The translations under genes and the position numbers were made by a program. Below are positions 25,575 through 41,062 of a stretch of DNA of 64,000 nucleotides, in pieces (position 1 is the first letter of the stretch; every line of letters begins with the position of its first letter). Below the pieces are notes generated by a model. It saw only the letters and a list, made by a program, of their open reading frames with translations, was not told where the DNA came from and searched no databases. The stretch lies in NCBI RefSeq assembly GCF_009914755.1, contig NC_060941.1, one strand, 5' to 3'. The DNA is from the human T2T-CHM13v2.0 reference genome, Homo sapiens.

Positions 25575-26928
25575 TTATCTCTCAAAAAAGTTTTATATGC
25601 AACTTTTTTAAATAAATGTTTTACTAATATAAAGATGCATAACATATAACGCACAAGTAATACATTATTAGTTCCCTTTTCAGGGGGAGTTTTTGTTAAT
25701 TTTTGTCAAACTCTTAAATCCATAGATAACTGACTGCAGTTAGCAAATAAGTAGAGTTTCAATATGAATATTGGTTACTACTTTTATATACATTAGTGGT
25801 AAGATAAAAGTAAAATTAAAACCTTTACTTGTTCACCAATGATGCACTCTTCTGAGAATCATAATTTTTTAATACAAGGATAATATGTCCGTGTATGTTA
25901 GGGTGGTTCACAATGTAATGGTTACAGACATAATTTAAAAAATAATCTGCATTATTAACATACTTTTATTCATTCTTTATTTTTACTTTTATTAATTACT
26001 TTTGTTCTACACAATCAACAAAATATTAAATTGAACCCTGATATGTGGTGTTAATTTTCATGCTGTAACTACTCTCTTCATGACTGAATTACAAGCTACA
26101 ACCTGAGACCATTAATAGGAAGTTGGAGAGATGCACATTGGCTTGCCATTATATAGTGTTGCCATGATACAAACATCATCTATGTAAATATTTTCGGTAG
26201 CATAAATCACAGCAAAATATAGCGAAATACTTAGGAAGTGATGAATTTAAGTAATTTATTTTCCTTATTTTTAATATAATTTAATTATAAATTAAAATGT
26301 TTATTTTTAATAATTTCTGTGTCTAAAAATGACCTCAAAATATTTCTAAGAATTTAATAGTTGGATCTCATAAGTTGATATGAGATAGCTCTCAAACACA
26401 ATTGTGTATAACTAAAAAGTCTAGAATTATAGCTAGTTTTAGTCAGAAAATAAAATGATGTGGTCAGAATTTTAATTCTCTCATCTAAGGGAATAGCTAA
26501 GATTTAATTTTACATCTAGATTGGGTCACATGTTCATATCTGGACGAATTAATTACAACCATCCAGTTAGAATACACTAGTCAGAACTGGGTCATGGACA
26601 GCTTCTAGAATTTGCAGATTTATCAGGTTCACCTAAACCTCATTGATTCAAACTTAAAAACATTATTCCATCAAAGAAAATTGGCGAAAAGAACTGCTAA
26701 ACAATTATTGCATACTCTTTCCAAAAATATACACCTACAGTATAAAATACTAATAATGAGAATATGTTTATTGAAAATTTAGTATATTTCAAACACTGCT
26801 AAAAACTTTTACATATTATCTCATTAGATCAAATAAGACAACTTTATCATTAATATTATTTATCTTCATTTTAAATATGAGTAAGTCTCTAGTTATGTCT
26901 TTCTATTTAAGATCATATATGGAAAGTA

Positions 26929-26978
26929 TTAGGATGGTGCAAAAGCAATTGTGGTTTTGCCACTAAAAGCAATGGCAG
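26929..26978. mobile_element. MADE1 (Hsmar1-derived MITE), truncated
   Basis: TTAGGATGGTGCAAAAGCAATTGTGGTTTTGCCACTAAAAGCAATGGCA matches one arm plus the centre of MADE1. Confidence 0.8.
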
Positions 26979-28916
26979 ATGACTTTTAGTTTGTAATAGT
27001 AGATTGTAATCTGTGTTAAAATCTGTATTCCAATCTTGACTCCAAAACTTACATTTTACATATAGAATGCAACACACTTAGTGAACCCCACATTCTCATC
27101 ATTAAAAGTCCATTCACTTTTGTTCATGGCCCTTTTGATCATAGCGTCATAGAATATTTCAGCTGCACAACAAAGCTACCCATTGCCTAGAACATGAAAA
27201 TAAGTGAGAGGTGCTGTCAATCTAGGATAAAAACAGTAGAACATGGTTCTAATGTATGAAGAATGTCTTCTTTAGGAGATCAATAAATAGTAAGTTGATT
27301 AGACAAAAACGTGATTGACTAAGTTTGAATAATGAAAAAAGAAAGAGAAGACTAGAGTGGCAAGTAATAAGCTGAAGCTGGGGACACATGAAAAATTAAT
27401 AGAAAAAAACTTATTGAAAGAAAAAGTTGCAAATGCCTTTATTTTTGTTTATTTTAGGTCTATATGGCTTGAATAAGCTTTTCTTCCCAAATCCATATAT
27501 TCCAGGTAGATACAGTAAACTTCATTAGATTTGCTTCCAATAGTTTGTAGTCATTGTTTAATTGGGGATTTTTCTGCTACTCCAAATATCATATGGAATC
27601 CCAGTCATCTCTTAGTGTCTTTTTTAAAAATGAATTTGCCAATATTTTATAGGTAATACAAGTCCAGAATAGTAAAATTATCCAATAAAGGCAAGCCAAC
27701 TAATCAATTAATCTGAAAATAAAATTGTCACCTGAAATTCTACTATGTAGGGGTCATTGCTGTTAAACATTAGGGCCCTCCACTATTGTGGGGCCAATTT
27801 AGTTCTATACACTTTCTGATACTCTCAACTGTGTCACTATAACACGTATCCCTTGTCCCGATCACCAAGTCTTTTTCTTATTCTTCTACTCTCTCAAATT
27901 CTTAAAATGAGACCCAACATTGTCTGAAGGAAAAACTTGGGGCTGGGAATTAGGATCTTATCAATGAAAATGAAGTAATCTAAAGGTCACTGGATATCTT
28001 TAGATATTTATTAACATAGATGAAATATGGCTAGCAACATAGAAGCAGAAGATATTGTGAACAGAAAATAAGAAGATGAAATTATCTAAAATAGGAAGTA
28101 TAAAAAAAATCAAGGACATTGGAAGTGAGCCTGGGGGAGCAAAGTTACTCTATCTTTTAAGTAATAATTTTCTTTATTTCTTTTAATAATACATTATTTA
28201 GAAATTATAAGGCTAAGTATTAAAACTTGTGATACCAGTGTGCTCAAATTATGTCTACCCATTGGAGATTCTCACTTTTATCTTTTCAATTTATATTTTA
28301 GAAAAATTACTTGTCCCTGTTTAACTGTATATTCATCCCAATATAAAATACATAAATAAAATGATATAGTAGACTCAATACTTTAAAAAAAAAACTTAAA
28401 TTCTAACATTCTGTAGTTCTTACACATCTCATTTGTAAAACAAGTAACTGATTTTTAAATTAATGCCCTATAAATAGGTTAAATTTATTTTTAAATTTGC
28501 CCTCCAGAGAAAAGGGTTGTAGCATTCTATTTTCAACATACAAAATCAATCTAGATATTGAAATAACCTTGTCAATGGCAGATATTCTAACAGATGATCT
28601 AACCACTAATTTTTGCGTATGATTTATAGCAATTTTTTATTTGAATCTGTAGGATGTAAATACTTTTTACGCTGAACATGTCACCAAACAGTACAAGACT
28701 TTAAGCTAAAAGTAGCTAGGAAATACATAGGGACTCTTAAGGTGTTTGAAACAAAGATTTTACAAGGCTTATCGTCTGCTGAAAGAAAAAAAAACATTTC
28801 TTCATTTCCGATAATGTCAGAATAGATAGGCCATTGTTGCACACATAACTGATTCTGACTGTAAGAGTGAGTTATCCCAAGTGAAATCCTCTAAATGCTT
28901 GCTTGACGCAATAGGA

Positions 28917-29003
28917 TGAAAATTTGCAAGCAAGAAAAGTTGAAAAGCAAGCCTTGGGGCTGAAAATTTGCAAGCAAGAAAAGTTGAAAAGCAAGCCTTG
29001 GGG
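28917..29003. repeat. Perfect tandem duplication (43 bp x2, period 44)
   Basis: TGAAAATTTGCAAGCAAGAAAAGTTGAAAAGCAAGCCTTGGGG at 28917-28959 and 28961-29003. Confidence 0.95.
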
Positions 29004-30812
29004 GAAGGAACAGAGTATCAACATCACAATAAAATCTGCATTTGCCATTTTAAGTAGGATCCTGTAGCAGGATGTAGAGGAGCCTGCTGTGTTTAAAAAT
29101 GATCTTTTGCCCTTATGTGTGTATGTTTCAGCATTGAAATAATCAGTCCTCTTTCAAATATAATTTGATAGCATAATTAAAGTACCCCACTAGCACAACT
29201 TTTGAAGCTAAGCTTTTCATTTTTCTAGTGCACTTAGAAATTTTTTCACTTGTATTTGATACCCCAGACCAATTGACTTAGAATTCCCTGCCTGATATTG
29301 TAAAGAATTTACTTCTATTATGTCTTTTAACACATAAAATGTTGTAAACTGTCACCTCTAATTATGGTAGCATGCAGGCAATGAAGCCTAACAGGACATC
29401 TGACTAAACTAGATGTGACATGTTAGTATCACAATACACCAAATTTGAAAGAATGCCCTTCTTTCACTTTATATTAGAAAATATTTGATTTTGCTTTGTC
29501 ATATTTTTTGCTTTTCTTTTAGGATTCAGTAATATATAAAAATACCAAGTTTTAAAGTTGAGCGAACCCAAGACCTAAGGCCTTGAAGTAATTAACAAAT
29601 GAGATGACATGTGTTTGCCTGTGCATATGCATTTAAGCATATTTATGAATACAGTCATGTTGGAGGCTTGATTTACACAGCATCTTTTAGATATTCAGAG
29701 GTTACTTTGGAGCAGCCTATACTTTTGACCTTTAGCAATGTTCTTGCAAACCAGTCATTCAATTCTACTGGAATGAGATTAAAACAATCCAAGTATGGCT
29801 GTGTATTGATACGCTTCTCCTTGTGTCCCTCTCCCCTCCCAGCACCCCAAGGCTCTGGTAAAGAAATTTCTGTTTTTGTTCTCCAGACTCCTTATATAGG
29901 TCTAATCTATTACTCTTTATTCACCAATGTCTGTATATTGTAGTGACTAATTTCTTGTTAATTCTTCTATGGAGACTCTTCTGCAAAATTCTTGAGAAAA
30001 TGATTTCATTAAGTCTTACATTCTGGTTGCAGTTTATGTTTGGCCCTTAGATTTTGGGATTCAAGTCTACCATTCACAGCCTAGAGAGACAAACATGATA
30101 GACACAAACATGATAGATAGCAGTTGTTTTCTTTTGGATAATGGAGTTAAGATTTCTTCCATATAAACAGTTGGGGGAAAAGCAGACATATTTATTAGGC
30201 CCTATTTAAGAGTTTATTGATTCTGTTTAACAAATCATTAAAAACTTCAAAAAAAAAAAAACAAACGGTGTGGAAGGAACTTTCAATGCTGAACATTAAA
30301 CATTGAAACTTGAACATTAAAGCTCGAACATTGGCTTTCAAACACACCAACAAAACAATTATTATATGTATGTAACTTTCACTGTATGAATTTACATGCC
30401 AACTTGTAGATTTCTCTTTGTAGAGAAGAAAACATGAAAGATTAATATATTGCTTTATAGGCCGTTAACAAGTGCTGTATTTTATCCAGCAGTCTTATTT
30501 TAACATTTCTCCCCACATTATCTTTATATGCCAGTTCCACAAAATGTATTTTAAACCAGTTTTACCTTCTTTTTGGTTCCCTCATTAATGAGTTGTGTAT
30601 AATCTTAAAATATGTTTATCCTAGGTTTGTGTGAGAATCATCTTTTTAATATAAAACTTCTAAATTTTGGTTATGTCCTAGATAACAGATGAAAAGAAAT
30701 TATTATACTTGAAGCATTTTTTTATTCCAATTAATCTCGGTAATAAATCTATTAAATTTAGCTCAAGAAATATTTGTGGAATGACTACTTATACAGGTAA
30801 TGTGATAGCACC

Positions 30813-31565
30813 TGAAAGGGGAAAGGTTTCCTTGTCCACCTTGCAGGGCATGTGACAGGGGAAGTGGCTTGCTTCTTCAGTGCCCTGCTGCTCAAACCTC
30901 TCCGGGAGGATACAGATGGGCAGGCTGTGGGGCTCCGACCCCAGGGCAGCGTCCAGGAGTGAATGTTTACAGCTCCTGAAGCCCCAGTGGGCAAGTGTTA
31001 TAGGGTGCTCTTTTAGTTTTGCCGTCTATAGGATTGTGTTAACCACCTCAATTACACCCTCTACCTTGTTGCAAGGACAGAGGGCTTTCTGTACCCCAGG
31101 TTCTTACCTTGATGTACTGGAAGAATTGGCTCACACCTGGGCTTGGAGAATTAGTACAAGGTTTTATTTAGTGGCAGTCTCTCTCAGCAGATGGGGGAGC
31201 CAGAAGGGAGATGGTTTTTCCCTGATGTGGGGCCGTGGAGCTTCTCCAACTGCTCTGGCCAAATTCTGCATCATTCTCCTGGTGGATGGCCTGCTGGCCT
31301 GCCGGTATCTTCCACCTGCGTGCTCCTCTTGACATCCTCTTTACGTCTAGCTGCTTGTGTGTCTGCCTGCTAGGATCTCAGGGATTTTTATAGACACAGG
31401 ATGGGGCATAGCGGCCGAGGGTGGTCTTAGGAAATGCAACATTTGGGCAGAAGGCAGGTGAAGCCCTAGCCAGGGACCATGCCCTCCTTTATCCAGCTCT
31501 TCCCTTCCCCACTTCTGTATCATTTAAAGGGACCATGACCTTCCCTTCCCAGCACTCCCACGTCA
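30813..31565 (-). mobile_element. ERV1 solo LTR (LTR1/LTR27/LTR28/MER52/MER61-related)
   Basis: GC-rich 753-bp block bounded by TG..CA, with repeated GGGAAGGGAAG..ATGGTCCCT in the U3 on the minus strand and minus-strand AATAAA near 31163. Exact subfamily uncertain. Confidence 0.8.
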
Positions 31566-34500
31566 CAGCCACTCATAAAAAGTGTCTACCATCTGGTCGC
31601 TTCACTCCAAAAGATCCATGTAAGAAAATTTAAAAGAAGATATACAAGATAATAAATGATAAACATTTATAGATAGTCATAATAAAGTGGATCATAAGAA
31701 AGGTGAAAGGCTGTAGAAACTGATTAAATAAAAATAACTACAAATTCAGAGAATATACCATTTCTTCTAAAAAGTACGTATTCAACTTATGTTAAAAATG
31801 ACACTGTAACCACTCTTCTACTCTCAGTGAAATCAACTTTTCTGTCAAATTTAAAGGATGATACTGTACAGCATTTCTCACTAACCATATTTTTTCAACT
31901 TTTTTCTTTCTATTCTAACAACCCTTTAATTTTCTCAACGTTCTTGGCCGATGCCTCTTACTTAATGCACCAAGCATTCAACAGTCAGCTACTTGGAATG
32001 TGACTGATATGGTGGATATGGATGTTTCCGCTGCCATTAAGGACATCAATTATAACTGAACAGTAACCACAGACAAAAAGCCTTATGAGATAATAACTAG
32101 TTCTCCATAATTTAACACTCTCAGTAAAAACAAGCCATGATTTCATAATGTAACATTCTTTATTTTGGTATAAATATGAAAAAATCAGATTCATAATACA
32201 TTTGTCTTGAATTTTTTTAACTCATAAAGAAGAACTTTATCAGGAATGTTCACCACTTCTACTGCCTCAGCTTTCTATTAGGTATGATTTTAGATGCAAA
32301 AGTGTTTTTTAAACGAGGTTTTATATTGATCTCCCATTATACTCAAGCACTCACTAACATAAAAAACTCACAAGTACATAGTAAGTTTGAAGATAACAGA
32401 TTTATAATTTTGATTTTCAATAGAAAGTATTTTATCCTAATTTACTTAGAAGATAATAGCATATTTAGAAATGAAAAATAGTTTTCACTTTTTAATGCAA
32501 CCAGTTAAAAATAGTTAACTGACTCTCATAAGGGAAAGGTATTTTGTAGTACTTAAGACAAAAAGATATACTTGTAAATATTACAGATATATTTTAAAGT
32601 TGACAAAGTATTCTCAGCCATTTTAAGTCATAATCTGTCAAAGACAAAATTATGCCACTACAGAGGATCCAAGATGATAGGTCTGATCTGTCAGTCATGA
32701 AGGTTTATAACAAATAGTATAGATTGAAGCAGATCAAGCATGAAGTCCAAGAAAATTGTCTAATGCTGTGTTGTGTTGGCAAATTCCAAAGGTGTGGAGA
32801 TTATAAAATTAGAAAGTGGCAAGTGAACAGTTTGAGAGACAGTGGGCTCATCAATGGAGACATGACATAAACAACAGAATTGCTTTACAAAAGGAAAATG
32901 GACATTTTTCAGAGACTATCATCCCACCTATAATTGCTTTAACTAGTGCACAAATGACTTCCTAAGATGACAGGTATCAATCTTTCATCAACCTTTCTCT
33001 GCAGTGATGCATAGAATAGATGGTGTTAAGGTATCCAATGGAAGTGTCAGGGTCAATAACATAGGACGTAATAATATAAAATCACTGCAATACTTATTCC
33101 ACTGTTAGAAAAAAAGATAACAAAAATAACATACCAGATTACTGGCATTGAGGTTGAGCATGACTTTGCAGGAATGACCAGGGCCTAAAATATGCCTCTC
33201 ATTTATTTCAGTGGGTATTTGTGAAGCCAAAACTCAGTTCATATATTAGACAAGGTGTTGGAGAAAAAAGAATGAGAAAAAGAGAGGTGTGGTCCCTCCT
33301 TGCTGTCACAAAGTTTACTCAAGTAACGTGTACTCAAGCAAGCAAGCAACATAGCATATTGCAATAGTGTTTCAATAGGAAAATACAAGTTAACTGCAGC
33401 AGCACATTTAGGAGAAAACAATTTTCCAGGAAGGATTTTCGGAGACATAGTTATTACAGGAGTAGTTACTCATCATACTTAATACATACGTATATTTATA
33501 ATAGGTTGTACTTTTGTATACTACAATTCAAATACGCCAACTTATTTTCTTTAGTCTATACGAGTTTATTTTCTTTATGCAAGTTTATCTTGCCCCATTA
33601 CTTCTATTATTTAAAAAAAGAAAAATACATACATATATATGCATATACACATCTATATGTATATGATAACTCAGTCTCTACTGATTTAAAAATAGTTAAT
33701 ACTAATCAATTCAAATGTTCTCTCAAAGTCAACCAAAATTAACAGCCCCTGCTCAGAAATCATACATAAATCTAAAGTCTTCACGCTTATGCTGTACTAC
33801 ACTTCATGAATTTTTGTTTACGGAAATCAATATTTTATGCCAAAAATAGAATGCTCCTTAGAAAATAATTGAAAGAAGGAAATTCATTGTATAACAGAAG
33901 AGTAGCAGTTGATTGAGATAAAGAGATTGTTACATGCATGAGTTAAAATGCTTAATTGTGTTTGGATCCTATATCAGAACTAATTTCCTCTCTTTTTAGG
34001 TTAGCATTGAGGTGAATCCCTTGATGATAAAGCCATATCATCACCTGTTTTATTCTAAACAAAGACATTTATAAAAATGGTAAACCTGATTAAATTTCAT
34101 AGTATTAAGAAAGATTCTTGTGTAAGATTGTTATTAATTTTTACAATGCTCCTAATGTCAGCTGAGGTAAAATTAATTAGAACAACTGTATCTTAGGAAA
34201 ATAGAGTCAATGAGCAGAGATTATCACATATTTAAAGGAAATAAGAGCAGATGAAAGCTGTTCCTGAGGAACGAAGTAAAGAGAGTTTGAGACAGTGGAA
34301 GATGGAACAGGAAGAAAAAAATAAGATAAAATGGTGACATCTCTTAAAATTGTTTTGGAAGAGTCATTTACACACTATGGATGAATAGCAATTTATTCCT
34401 GGAAATGCTTGTTGCACAGGTTGTGCAAATTCTCAGTTATGGATAGATTTAGTTATTGATCAGTCATACTGCTTTCGAGAATTTTAATCGTTTAGATCTC

Positions 34501-36309
34501 TTAAAAAGTTCCCATGTATATAAACAAAGTCCATTTACTTGATGGCATTATATTAGCCTCAGGATATTTGGAGGACTTGCATACTTGGAGACAAGGGCAT
34601 TCCAGACATCAGATGTTTTCAGGACAACCCTCTCACTCAGTGAAACAGATTGTATGTTTTTTCCACTGTGGCTTGCTCCTATTTATTTCTATTTCCTTCA
34701 GCCCAGAAAGGATTATTGTAATGTATCAAGTTCATCAGCATTTTTAAAATTCTTACATTAATCTATTTAAATTGAGGTTCTATTTTACCTCAAAGATATC
34801 TATTACCTGTATTTATCCAATTGAGTTCTTGCCACATATATATATTTTTTTAATTCTGCAATTCCTCTGAACTTTTTAAGAGATCTTCACTTGCTGGTTA
34901 GAATAATCCTCAAGTTTTTCTAATCATAGCACTTTTATTTTCTCATTCTTCCGATTGAAATTCTATCCTCTTCATTTACAAAGGTGAATATATTTGGAAC
35001 TGTCATCTCCAATGAAAAGCAATTAGAAACCCTAGAAAAGATATTTGAAATAATTATTACAAACCATTTTACAATTTGTTAATTTTTCCAGATTTCTATA
35101 AAAAGCAAATGCAAATAGGAAAGAAACAGGAACTGGGCCTTCATATGTTTTCCAATCTGAGCTGACTTCAAGACTTGAAGATTAGCTAGCGGTAAACAAG
35201 ATAAAATAAATTTAAAGAGGATGATAAATGTAGAAGTTATCAAAGATTACAATTTTTTAAAATCTCAAAACTTTTGTTTAAAGAGATTCCCATCAAAGGA
35301 ATTTGTATCAAAAAGAAAATGAATAAAGCTGAAATGTAATTAGAATCAATAAGAAAATATCAGAGCTGGAAGGACATTAATAAATCCTTAGTAAAAATAG
35401 CATTATACAGATGAAAAAAAAGTCTGGGGTCAAGAAACTTAATTGATTTGTCTAAGGTCATGTTACTTTTCAATTCATTTCCAAGACCAGTGTTTCTCCA
35501 AATAGAGATTAATGAAAAGAAGAAAGAAAAAGCAGATCTCCACTTTTCACAATACCGAAATTGTGCCAGTACTGTTAAGAGAAAAATATGTTTTTAAGAA
35601 CTCAACAAACATTAATCAAATGCCACTGTATTCTGGATAATATGGTATAGATTCAGTCATTTCTGTTGTATCCACATCATGTCCTTCAAGAATCCAACGA
35701 AGTTATACTCTCAAAGAAGCATTAGATGATATCAAATGAAAATACACTCTTTAATCAACAGGATCAACTAAAGGGGCGTGGGGGAAAGGGGTTGATCTGT
35801 TCAGTGTATGCAACAGTGAAGCAGTTGGAATTTCATAGAAAGAATAACTCCCAGGGCAGAAGGAGATTTGAACTTCGTATCTACAAAGGAGAAAGTCTTA
35901 TGATGGCAGGCTTGCAGGCTTTGTTACATTGAGAATATAAAAAGGAACGAATTTAAAAGTTTTAGTCAAACTGAATTAGAAAAATAGAGATACTCTGGCC
36001 TGTACTTAATGTAACACCTCTTGGCATCCCTCAAAATTTTGGTAAGATATCTAAACCTCTCAAATCTTAGTGACTGAAATTATCATAAAAATTAGAGCAC
36101 AAGAGAGTCACGATGTCTTAGTGTGATCAGCAGGACACATATCGGGAAGCTCATTGTTAAGTAGAGTCCTTCAGAGAAGATAGGCAAAAAAGAAGTATAC
36201 AGCAGATAAAATCTTTTCAGTAGAGCAAACCTCGGGGAAAATTGAAGTAAGTGAAAATTGATCCGTGCCTTAAGTTTTTAAAAAATTAGTATTGAACAAA
36301 TTAATAGAT

Positions 36310-36870
36310 ACTTTTCTGACTTTTCTGATTTCAATATTTGATAACCTATTCTTCTTGAAAATTGCTCTCTTCTTGATTTCCATAATACTGATCACCACTA
36401 GTTTTTCTCCTTTGTTATTACTTTTTATTGGCAGAAGAAGCCGTTGAGATTCTGGATTTGATAGTAGATGAGACAGAAAAAAAAAAAGGCAGAGTACCTG
36501 AATTGTTTGGTTTCTTAGTTGCTGGTAGAAAAAAGTGTAATGACCTCCCACCCTACACAAAATCTTTTGGACAGCCTGGACCAACTTCTTCCATTTCCTT
36601 TCCTCTGTCCGCACCATAAATACTAGTGTTCTTCAGTGTTTGGCTATATTCTCTTTTCTTCTATATTTTACACTTCACTGGGCAATTGTATCAACTTTAA
36701 TTTAATTGACCCCACTATTATATTAATAGTAACTCCTAAATCTTCCTTACTAGCACATATGGCATCTTTTTATTCGTACACACCCAAGCAATAATAGATC
36801 TTGACAATCAGATGTTGTACAGGACGCTGATATTTAACATGCCTAAAATTCAGTTCATTAATTTCTTCTA
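36310..36870 (+). mobile_element. L2 fragment
   Basis: Decayed L2 ORF2-like text (TTCTTCTTGAAAA..CTCTTCTTGATTTCC; TTTAACATGCCTAAAATT). Confidence 0.4.
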
Positions 36871-39800
36871 AGAAAGTTGTAATAAAAATGCTAAGAAAAG
36901 TTAAAACTACTGATATTGGATTAGGAGAATTTTATGAGGAAGTATTTTTGTGGTTTCTCCATGTATTACAACTACATATGCTAATTGATTTTTTGTGTGC
37001 CAGGTAATTATCTTAGTAGGAATATAAGGTGCAGAAATGACACAGAGTCCTTACAGAGCTGGCATTCTTATCAGCACAAAAATAACTATCTAGAAACAAA
37101 TAAATATACAACAAACTTCTAACAGTAAAAGATAATGTGTGTTAGGGAAGTAGAGTTGGGACAGGGATATTTCAGATGGAATTATCCGAAAGGACCTCTC
37201 TGAGATCTTTTGAAAAGAGAAATGGGTGAGGTAAAGAAGAAAATATGTCAAGCTTCACAGGAAGAGTAAGGCACATTTTCCTAAGTAAATGCATTTTCCA
37301 ATTTAGTAGTAAATTGTATGTTGTCTAGATAATTCTTTTTAATAAATACGGAGAAATACTGGGCATGAGTGTTTTACTCTGAGAACATATGCACTGCATT
37401 TAAGGTTAAGGAAACACTGGCTCAAAAATAGATATATACTCACATGGAAAAAAAGTAAAATAGATTTAAGACAATGAATTGTTTAACTTTTATCTCAATT
37501 AGATAAACATATTTGTACATCTTAACCAAGTTAAATATTCACCTTTAAATAAAAGAGTTTTTTTTAAAAAAGTAATGAATATAGTGCAAAAAAATTGTGG
37601 ATTTGAAAGTGAATTAGGTTTCAATTTTGACATAACAGGAACTTCCTTTGTCATTTTTTAGTGTTGTGTTTATATTTATAGCTTACACACTTTCTGCAAA
37701 TACATTAGACTCAAATATTGACATTAATTGTCATGTTTAACACAGTCAACTTAAAATATGAGATACAGGATAAATATTTTATGTGAGTCAATAACTATGT
37801 TCATTTCCCAATGCTTGAGAAAAAAATTCAGGCACCAGTTATTACCTATTATAGTGGTTGATGTGAAAACCTAAAGAAAATTCTTTTGTAGTACAAACTT
37901 TTAAAAAGTTTACCAAGATTATCTCTAAAATGATACAATGATAGATTTCTTCATGGAAGAATAACGATATTTAAAATAACAAGGAAGCTTGAAAATTTTA
38001 AGTACAGATAGATTATCAGTTATAAATGGTGTGAAATGATAAATGTTATTTGTATAAAACCAGAAACAATAAAGCATTTTTATCTTCTGTAATAAAATCT
38101 CAAAATTTATGGAAGTCAACTCTTATTTTAAAACAATATGTGTTTACAGCCCTAATATTTTGCATATGCATATTTAGGTTGGCAGCCTATGGAAATGCTT
38201 ACTTATGCATAGTATATGAATTTCTAGTAATCATTTATTATAAAGAAATATGAATAAGTGTGCGTTAAGTGCAAAACTGATGTTTACCTCCAAATAATTT
38301 ATATTAGTAATTTGCTCCAGAATGGTTCACCTATTTTTGCTAAGAGAACGTTTTGATCTAGTTTTCTAATTACAAATAAGTCAATATTACACCCTCACCT
38401 TATATTTAATGTTTTGTGTTTAAAACTTTTTCCTTATCCTTGAAGATAGATAATCCGGTTATGAATATAATCTTTACAATATATCTGGAATGCTCACTTT
38501 ATTTACATTTGGAAGCAATGTCTTTTAAAATGACACAATCATATATAAAATAATCTGAAAATTAATTGGAATCGATAATGCACTTATAAATTTTAATTAC
38601 ATACTACTATCTTATTAAAAATTAAACTTATGATTATGTAAAAAGTGAATAAACTCTTGAGAAAATCAAGACCATGTGAATATTATTTCAGGCAGGTTGG
38701 ATAAAGAAATTTCTTATGATTGTATGTCTTTCATTAGTACATGACCCAAAAATTAAAAGTATATATTTTCATACATTGTTTTCAGTTTTTAATCAGGAAT
38801 AAAACATGATGAATGACAGATAGCTATTTCTGATATATTTAAAAATCAGTAAATTCTATATTGCAGTAATGTGCTAATATTCCTTTTAGTCAATCTGATA
38901 CATTCAAGACAATGGAAATTTTGAATTATAACATCAAAATGTCATTTTTATCATTTTAATATTTTTACTGAGGTGTCACAATAAAAAAATATTGGGAGAT
39001 GAAAAGTTTTAATAAATATAATTAAAATGATTCATGCAATAATATTTAACACTTTGTGCCACCACATAGAATGTATGATTGCATAAGTTTAAATATTCCA
39101 AAGCTTTATGCAATTATGTAAATTAGATGTGACATTTTATCATTAATAAAAACATATAGTGAATTTTAAGTTTCAGTGCCTTCAAGCTATTAAGTGGCAG
39201 AATCTGTAAACAAGGTATAACTTTCTCATTAAATTTACTCTATATCAAATTGAATCTGAGATCAGATTATATAAAAAACACAAAATAATACCATAACTTT
39301 CAAGTCAAAACAGTATTTCAACTTTATAAAGATGGAAGATGTACAAGAAGAGAAAACTCCTTAAAATTATAAATCAAACATCTAATGTTTAGATTTTATT
39401 CAACACTAAGGAGACCTTTTTATTTTTTAATATGCATGATTTCACTTTATTTACAGAAATTTTTGATACATAAATGAAATAATTTGTTACTTTATAAGAG
39501 AAAAATTTGTTATCTCCTTTTTTCAAATATATGCTTCGATTAATACTGTTTGATATATAAAGCTTGATATCCATAGAATGTTTCAAGAAGATTGCCTTTT
39601 GATATAAATGAAGTACATATAAAATGTATATTAAACTACCGGCTTCCAAAAACAAATATAATGGTTGTACTATAAAAACATAATTTTGAATCCTGAAATT
39701 GTGGAAACAATTTATAATTCATTTTTAGTATAACTAGTTCCTAAACTGTAAATTTAAATAATAATTGATAAATTATAAATAATCGTAAATTATAAATAAA

Positions 39801-40795
39801 TTGATAAATTTTAAAGCAAGTATCCCATTTATTTGACAACATTTATATTGGGTAATTAACAAAATTTTGTCATTGTAACACGAAGCCATTTTCTCAAAAT
39901 TATAAATGAGATCTCAGTACACCCAGTTCACATTTCATTACCTCCTTCTTTAGAGTATTTCCCAATATATAGCTCTTTACAATTTTATAATATTTTGACA
40001 TGTCTTTTTATGGTGTAGTTGGATGAGTCCACTATTTGTTTATGTACAGAGTTCAGCATGCAGTTTCTGCCACTTAATAACTGGTTAATCTTAAACTAGT
40101 TTTTATGCTTTCATCTCAATAACTATTATGGGAAAAATAATTTCTAGGGGAGATTTGTTGAAATGTTAACAATGCATTATTATGTTGGCCCTCCTATGTT
40201 TGTGTATATGGGCATTGCATACATAGGAGAAGGATATCATGAAAATTCCAAACAAACATATAAAAAGACATGGTAAATATCTACCTTACAAAACAAGAAC
40301 TTGTCATATTTTTGAATGTCTATATGCAAAAAGATACGACATATTTAAAGTCTAAACAAATATTAGAGACATAGGGCTCAAGGAAACCAAAACACTTAGC
40401 TGAATAGATAAAGGCCATAAATCATCATAATAATAAACAAACACAAATGCAGAGAAGTAAGATAGTACTGTGACTGGTATTAACACTGAGAACATCTGTT
40501 GAATACTTTTGGCCTAGAACTGAATCTTAGTGGATATATATATATATTTTTTTCTTTTCTTTTCTTTTTTTTGCACAGATTGAGAGATAAACTACCAAAC
40601 CTGGAACCCATAAAGGGTGAAAAGTTAGTTTAGAGATGAGACCCCCACAGGGAATGATCTCCTGAGTGCACAAAAGTGCCCACTTGTTAACAAAAACAAA
40701 AGATAATGTATTTGCCCATGTTGACAATAATATTGAGTAGAAATTGAAAATAAAAGCTAAAAGTCTCCACTAAGTTTCCAGAGACACAATCTAAT

Positions 40796-41062
40796 TGTTA
40801 CCGGTGGAGTGTGTCTGGATCCTTGGTATTTTGAACAAAGAACTGGACAAAATGCACAAACAAAGCTAGGAAAAATGAAGCAACAAAAGCAGAGATTTAC
40901 TGAAAATGAAAGTACACTCTACAGGGTAGGAGCTGGCCTGAGAGAAGGTGCTCAAGAGCCTGATTACAGAGTTTTCTGAGGAAACCCTCTAGAGGTTTCC
41001 CATTGGTTACTTGGTGTACACCCTATGTAAATGAAGTCATAGCCCACATCAGAATGATTGTT
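40796..41062 (-). mobile_element. MER51-family LTR fragment
   Basis: TGTTACCGGTGGAG..GAACAAAGAACTGGACAAAATGCACAAACAAAGC..GAAAGTACACTC..CCCTCTAGAGGTTTCCCATTGG. Confidence 0.75.

Noticed and set aside
30785-31633. 150-aa and neighbouring ORFs
   Set aside because: They lie within a solo LTR and show no gag/pol/env similarity.
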